A stretch of DNA of 64,000 nucleotides from Eledone cirrhosa. Lineage: Eukaryota. This document shows positions 58,815-64,000 of this stretch, piece after piece (the first letter of the stretch is position 1; each line of letters starts with the position of its first letter). Position numbers and translations under genes: made by a program. Location: assembly GCA_964016885.1 (NCBI GenBank), contig OZ024741.1, forward strand, positions 128,340,001 through 128,404,000, in the 5' to 3' direction. The notes below the pieces were generated by a model. That model was not told where the DNA came from. It ran no database searches and saw nothing but the letters and a program-made list of their open reading frames with translations.

Positions 58815-59343
58815 GCATACTTCTATAGAGATATAAACACCTATCATATATCTACATACGTACAAACATCGACATGTGGCCACATGTGCAGACGTCCATG
58901 ATTATACATCATCTTACATTTTTTCTCTTTCTCATATAATATATATATATATCTACATACAAATACAACTTTATCCCCAGCTAGACACATATTTTCATAT
59001 ATACACAAAAATATATACCCCATTACGAATAAATGGATCTCTCTCGGTTTGACGGTTGTATCAATTTAATTACCGGCTCATTAAAGTAGTTAAATATTCC
59101 ACAGACACGTGTACTCTTAATGTAATAATTGTTCCTAGTTTTGGGACAAGGCCAGCAATTATCCCAGTGCATTACTGATGATACGATAGAGAGAAATTCC
59201 TAAGAAACACAAAGCGTGGAGTGCTTCATGTCTGTTTAGGAAAAAGTCGACAGAGTTTGATCAACCAACTTTCTTCAACTGATTTAGCTGTGGAAACGGC
59301 CGGAGCTCAGCCGTCGAGGTCCTGAATCTCTTCATATATATAT

Positions 59344-59392
<49 letters not shown>

Positions 59393-59397
<5 letters not shown>

Positions 59398-59717
59398 GCG
59401 AGGTTTTTTATATGAAATCGTGTGTCGAAACAAATATTGTTATACATGGGGAGGGTCATATTTGTGTAATATTGCCAGAATTAATAACAGAACACACTCA
59501 GAACTTTGATAAACTATATATATGTGTTTGTGTCTATATTGTATCTGTATTTTTGACCGTTGGTCAGTCAATGGCAACATTGAGGTCCGAATAAATTAAA
59601 TTAACCGATATAAAAGACACAGAAGCGAAAAACGAAAACCAACCAAACAGTGAGTGTGTTCTGTTATTAATTCTGGCAATATTGCACAAATATGACCCTC
59701 CCCAAGTATAACAATAT
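59393..59717. mobile_element. Fold-back element with termini related to family D
   Basis: Arms ~59433-59499 / 59651-59717 (atattgttatac.tggggagggtcat); upstream gtgtgt.gaaac shared with 42711-42722. Confidence 0.75.
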
Positions 59718-59779
59718 ATATATATATTTTTTTTTTCCCACATCTTTCGTTAACTATTTTCCCATTTTGACGCTATAGT

Positions 59780-59839
59780 CACTTATATAGTATGGCATAT
59801 TGTTGGCTTCTTGCTACAATAATTTCTATACTTTTCATT

Positions 59840-59905
<66 letters not shown>

Positions 59906-59993
59906 TATATATGTACATACACACACACACACATATATATATATGTATATATATATACATATATGTATATATATATATATATGTATATATATT

Positions 59994-60051
<58 letters not shown>

Positions 60052-60056
60052 CTCTT
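59780..60056. repeat. Compound (TA)n/(CA)n microsatellite
   Basis: Direct reading. Confidence 0.9.
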
Positions 60057-60357
60057 ATATCTCTAATTCGCTCCACGTCCTTTTCTTCTTTAAGTTTAAC
60101 ATATTATTATTTGTGGTATATAAATGTTGAGATTTGATGAAATAAATCGCTGCCAATACTGGAATTGAAACATCAAGACCGTAGAGGTATGTCATATATC
60201 AAATCATATATTTTATCTGACGAGGACGTACTGGGAAAAAAACAACAACACAGTACTACGAAATATATATAATAAAACATATATTTTTATTATGTGAATA
60301 TCTTCATTTGTTAATATTTTGAATAATATATATATATATATTATTGTATATACTCTT

Positions 60358-60550
60358 GGGTGGTGGATTGGCAGTATCGGTAGAGGGTCGGACGCCATGC
60401 TTTGACGTATAGAGTTACTGCCCTTGCCATTCTGAGATCAAATCCCGCCGAGGTTAACTTTGCATTTCATCCTTACGGGGTCGATAAAATAAAGTACCAG
60501 TAATGCACTGGGTAATTTCTGGCGTTGTGCCAAACGTAGAAACAATTATT
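60358..60550 (+). mobile_element. tRNA-derived SINE (family S1), full length
   Basis: Colinear with the copies at 37425 and 39015. Confidence 0.88.
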
Positions 60551-61264
60551 ATATATACTCTTGATTTGGCCAGGGATGAATATTTCCAGATACTTTTTAG
60601 GTATGACTTTCCGTATTTATTCTTTGTATGAAATATTGATTGTTCTTCCGGTATCTTATCTCTGTTTTTAGCCTAAGAAAATACCTATATGCGTGTATAA
60701 ATAATACATGCATATATTTATTTTTTTATATCCAATTGAGTTCTTCACGCATGGTGAAAATTATTAATTGACCCGCGTGCATATTATTTTATTCTTTATG
60801 TTTTGCGATGACCTCCCCTTTCCGCTTGATGGCAGTGTGAGATTTCTCATTGTGAGACTGCTTGAATTTCAAATTTGGCGGTCATTCTAGCACGGAGGGG
60901 TACCATCGCTGAACATTAATATCGGTAAGGTTTTTTTTATATCGATATTGTCGGACATCCACTGATGATTTATAAGTGCCCACCTACATATATTCCTATG
61001 GACTATGTGTAGGCTTCTACATAACCTGGACATTATTTTCCCAATTTGTAGAAAACTTATAATGAAACGATCGCCTGGAAAGAGAGAGGTATTTTAATTA
61101 TGTCTCATATAAAATAATACAACTGGCTATCCGCAAAATACGTACAGTTAGCACCCCAAACGTGTAATTGGGATTATACTAAGGTATATCCTAATGTTTG
61201 TTGAGTGAGACGGAAGCCGGTATTGCTTAAAGCTTTCTCTTTTAATGTATTAAATATATATATA

Positions 61265-61590
61265 TCATCATCATCATCATTTCATTTTACGTCCACTTTT
61301 CCCTGCTTGCAAGGGTGGGACGGGAACTGATTCTGGCTTGATTTCTACAGCTGGATGCCCTTCCTAACACCAACCTCATTTACAGTGAGTGCTGGGTGCT
61401 TTTTTGCCGTGGCACCTCCACGAATGATAGGGATCCCAGTCCCTATAATCTCATTTCTACAGCTGAGTAAACTGGAGCAACGTGAAATAAAGTGTCTTGC
61501 TCAAGGAAACAACACATCACCCGGTCTGAGAATTGAACTCACAACCTTTCGATTGCAAAGCCAATGCTCTAACCACTAAGCCATGTGCCT

Positions 61591-61592
<2 letters not shown>
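61265..61592 (-). mobile_element. Second tRNA-derived SINE family (S2) with (ATG)n tail
   Basis: Minus strand head ggaggcacaTGGCTTAGTGGttagagc...GAGTTCAATTCtc, core ccttgagcaagacactttatttcac, 3' part gttaggaagggcatccagc and (atg)n tail. Confidence 0.82.
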
Positions 61593-61646
<54 letters not shown>

Positions 61647-61770
61647 TTATATACATTTGTGAATGAGTCCCTCAAAAGGCTTGACTCTAAATATTGGGTT
61701 GGTATTTAACGTGTTTATCTAACGCGCGCAAACGCATACACACGCACACACACACACACACACACACACG

Positions 61771-61805
<35 letters not shown>

Positions 61806-62044
61806 CTCATCTATATATACTTGCTGTCCTCCAGCCCCTACTGTTGTCATCGACACAAACACCACATATCATTAGTGAGTGACCTGACACTTCTACAGGA
61901 CTATCAATATCAAGCCACACCCGCACCCTGTGTATGTGAAACTATTGTTATTGCTGTTGTTATATCATATGTATGTATGCATGTATATATGTATGTATGC
62001 ATGTATATATGTATATATGTATGTATGTATGTATCATCTTGGTT

Positions 62045-62740
62045 AAGAGAGTGGGACTGACTTTGTGCAGTGCCTTTCCTCACTATAAAAGCTTCACGGT
62101 ACAGGCATTGCTTTATATCTGGAGATCTCTCTGCACTTGTCATCACATGGTACCATGGGCTCAGCACTATGTGTCAGTAATTGTCACAAGTGTAGTGTTT
62201 GTACCAGAGTTTTCAAGATGCTGGCTGGACTAAAAAGTCACACCCGTTCAGCGCATCGGTAGGGGTTCTCCTACATGGATATACAGTAGTGGCCGTACTC
62301 GAAAACGAGTTGGCAGCCACCATGTATGTATGTATGTATGTATGTATGTATGTATGTATGTTTTTACGTATGTATGTATACATACATGGTCGGGTCGTCA
62401 GTGACTAAACCGTCAACCCCACCAATTTAGACACCCTGGGGGATGAAAAACAAGCCTCATCAAAGGGCAGAGGAACTCAGGAGAATCACCAGCTCCCCAA
62501 TAAAGTTTTTTTTTTTTTTTGTGGAGCGAGAGAGATTCCCTGTCTTCATTAAGACATCTCTCTAGGAGAAGGTCTCTCTGATATAAAACCTGTTCTTCTT
62601 TTTGAGTAAATGCATTCAATGTTCAGAGAGTGGGATTGGTCCTGTGCATAGCCCTTTTTCACTTTAAAAAAGCTTCAAGCACAGGGATCGCTTGATCTGC
62701 GACATTTTTTGCGATACATGGTATTGCTGGCCATAGGCAA
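62045..62740. repeat. Two diverged copies of a ~110-bp sequence (62046-62160 and 62625-62735), probably old element remnants
   Basis: agagtggga.tg..c.tgtgca..gcc.tt..tcact.taaaa.gcttca is shared. Confidence 0.55.
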
Positions 62741-62890
62741 GTCCCTAGCAAGACTAAAAAGCCACGTCTGTGATGGCCATGCTTAAGTATCAAGCGATGG
62801 GACTACTCGAAATCAAGGTGTAGCCATTATGTATGTATACATGGATGTATGTATGGATGCATGGATGCATGGATGGATGGATGTGTATGC

Positions 62891-63047
<157 letters not shown>

Positions 63048-63105
63048 GAACACTGGAAGGTAATATCCGTAGTGGTAGCGCACTCAGTCCATGGGACAAA
63101 TTTGG

Positions 63106-63150
<45 letters not shown>

Positions 63151-63153
63151 CGT

Positions 63154-63189
<36 letters not shown>

Positions 63190-63337
63190 AAAAGTTCTAT
63201 TTAAATTGTTGGGATATAACAAGCAAATATTTTTATAACTGATATAAAGCACTCAACAAATAATTGGAGTAAAAATACGATATTAACAAATGGAAACTAT
63301 ATTTATAAAACCATATTTATCTCATTATACATATTTC

Positions 63338-63640
63338 AAGGACACCAAGTTATCTGAATGTGCTGCGCATATATTCCGTGATGACGTCCCTCACGCCGGA
63401 CTTCTGTCTGATGACTTCGCTCCTGATGTGCTCTCTCAACGAGATTGAGATTCCTAGCATTGATCTCTCCATGGCTCTTTGAACCGTTACCAGCCTCTGC
63501 TCTTCTCTCTTCGTTGTAGCCCAAGTTTCACTGCCATATAACATTGCAGATAAAACTGTGCTATTGAAGAGGCTATTGGCGCGGGTGGCCTTGTCCAACC
63601 TCCCCTTGAGCACATCCCTTATGCCGTTGAACGCCTTCCA
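63338..63640 (-). mobile_element. RTE-clade LINE remnant (post-RT/thumb region)
   Basis: WKAFNGIRDVLKG...LFNSTVLSAMLYGSETWATTKREEQRLVTVQRAMERSMLGIS..REHIRSEVIRQKSGVRDV; LYGSETW and QRAMERSMLG are typical of RTE ORFs. Confidence 0.9.
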
Positions 63641-64000
63641 TGTATTTATGTAGGTATGTATATGTATGTGTGTATGTATGTATTTATGTACGATCACGGG
63701 TGGCTGCCATCATGTATGCTTGTTCTTCTGGTTTTATAATTTTATAAATGTTTACCAATTGAGAGAGTTGGTTTCTAACATAGTTACAAGGCACTCTCAT
63801 TGGAATTTAGACATCAACGATGTAGATATGTCTGCATGTCTACATGCGTGCATGTATTTGCTGGTAGGGATGTTATTGTATGTGTGGATGTGGATGTTTT
63901 GAGTTATATGTGTGCATATGCATATGCTTTGTATCTGTACATGTGTGCATGCAGTTATGACATGCAGAACCTTTGGAATGTTTTACATATTTTTACTGTT

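Overview
Eukaryotic, very repeat-dense DNA with no recognisable host protein-coding gene. The abundant (TA)n/(CA)n/(TATG)n tracts and the SINE families resemble a coleoid cephalopod, probably an octopod (inference). About 60% of the window is tandem repeat: a ~26 kb 45-bp CAC-rich minisatellite with kb-scale higher-order duplications (~8.3-34.4 kb), an 18-bp array (~44.6-49.9 kb) and a 90-bp array carrying a TGACGTCA in most units (~50.2-53.7 kb). Nearly all listed ORFs are by-products of these repeats. The remainder holds tRNA-derived SINEs, two RTE-like LINE remnants and a dense set of fold-back (inverted-repeat) elements, mostly sitting in (TA)n tracts. Two elements retain the C-terminus of a Penelope-like (PLE) GIY-YIG endonuclease. 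Reading by eye finds type I hammerhead ribozyme motifs (CUGANGA...GAAA...UH) in at least six unrelated element families. Several look intact (55582-55642, 56654-56713, 56738-56797, 42011-42068, 58637-58721), and some occur as opposite-strand pairs within one palindrome. One fold-back element instead carries a tRNA-like cloverleaf at its centre. All structures were paired by hand; no database search or folding program was run.
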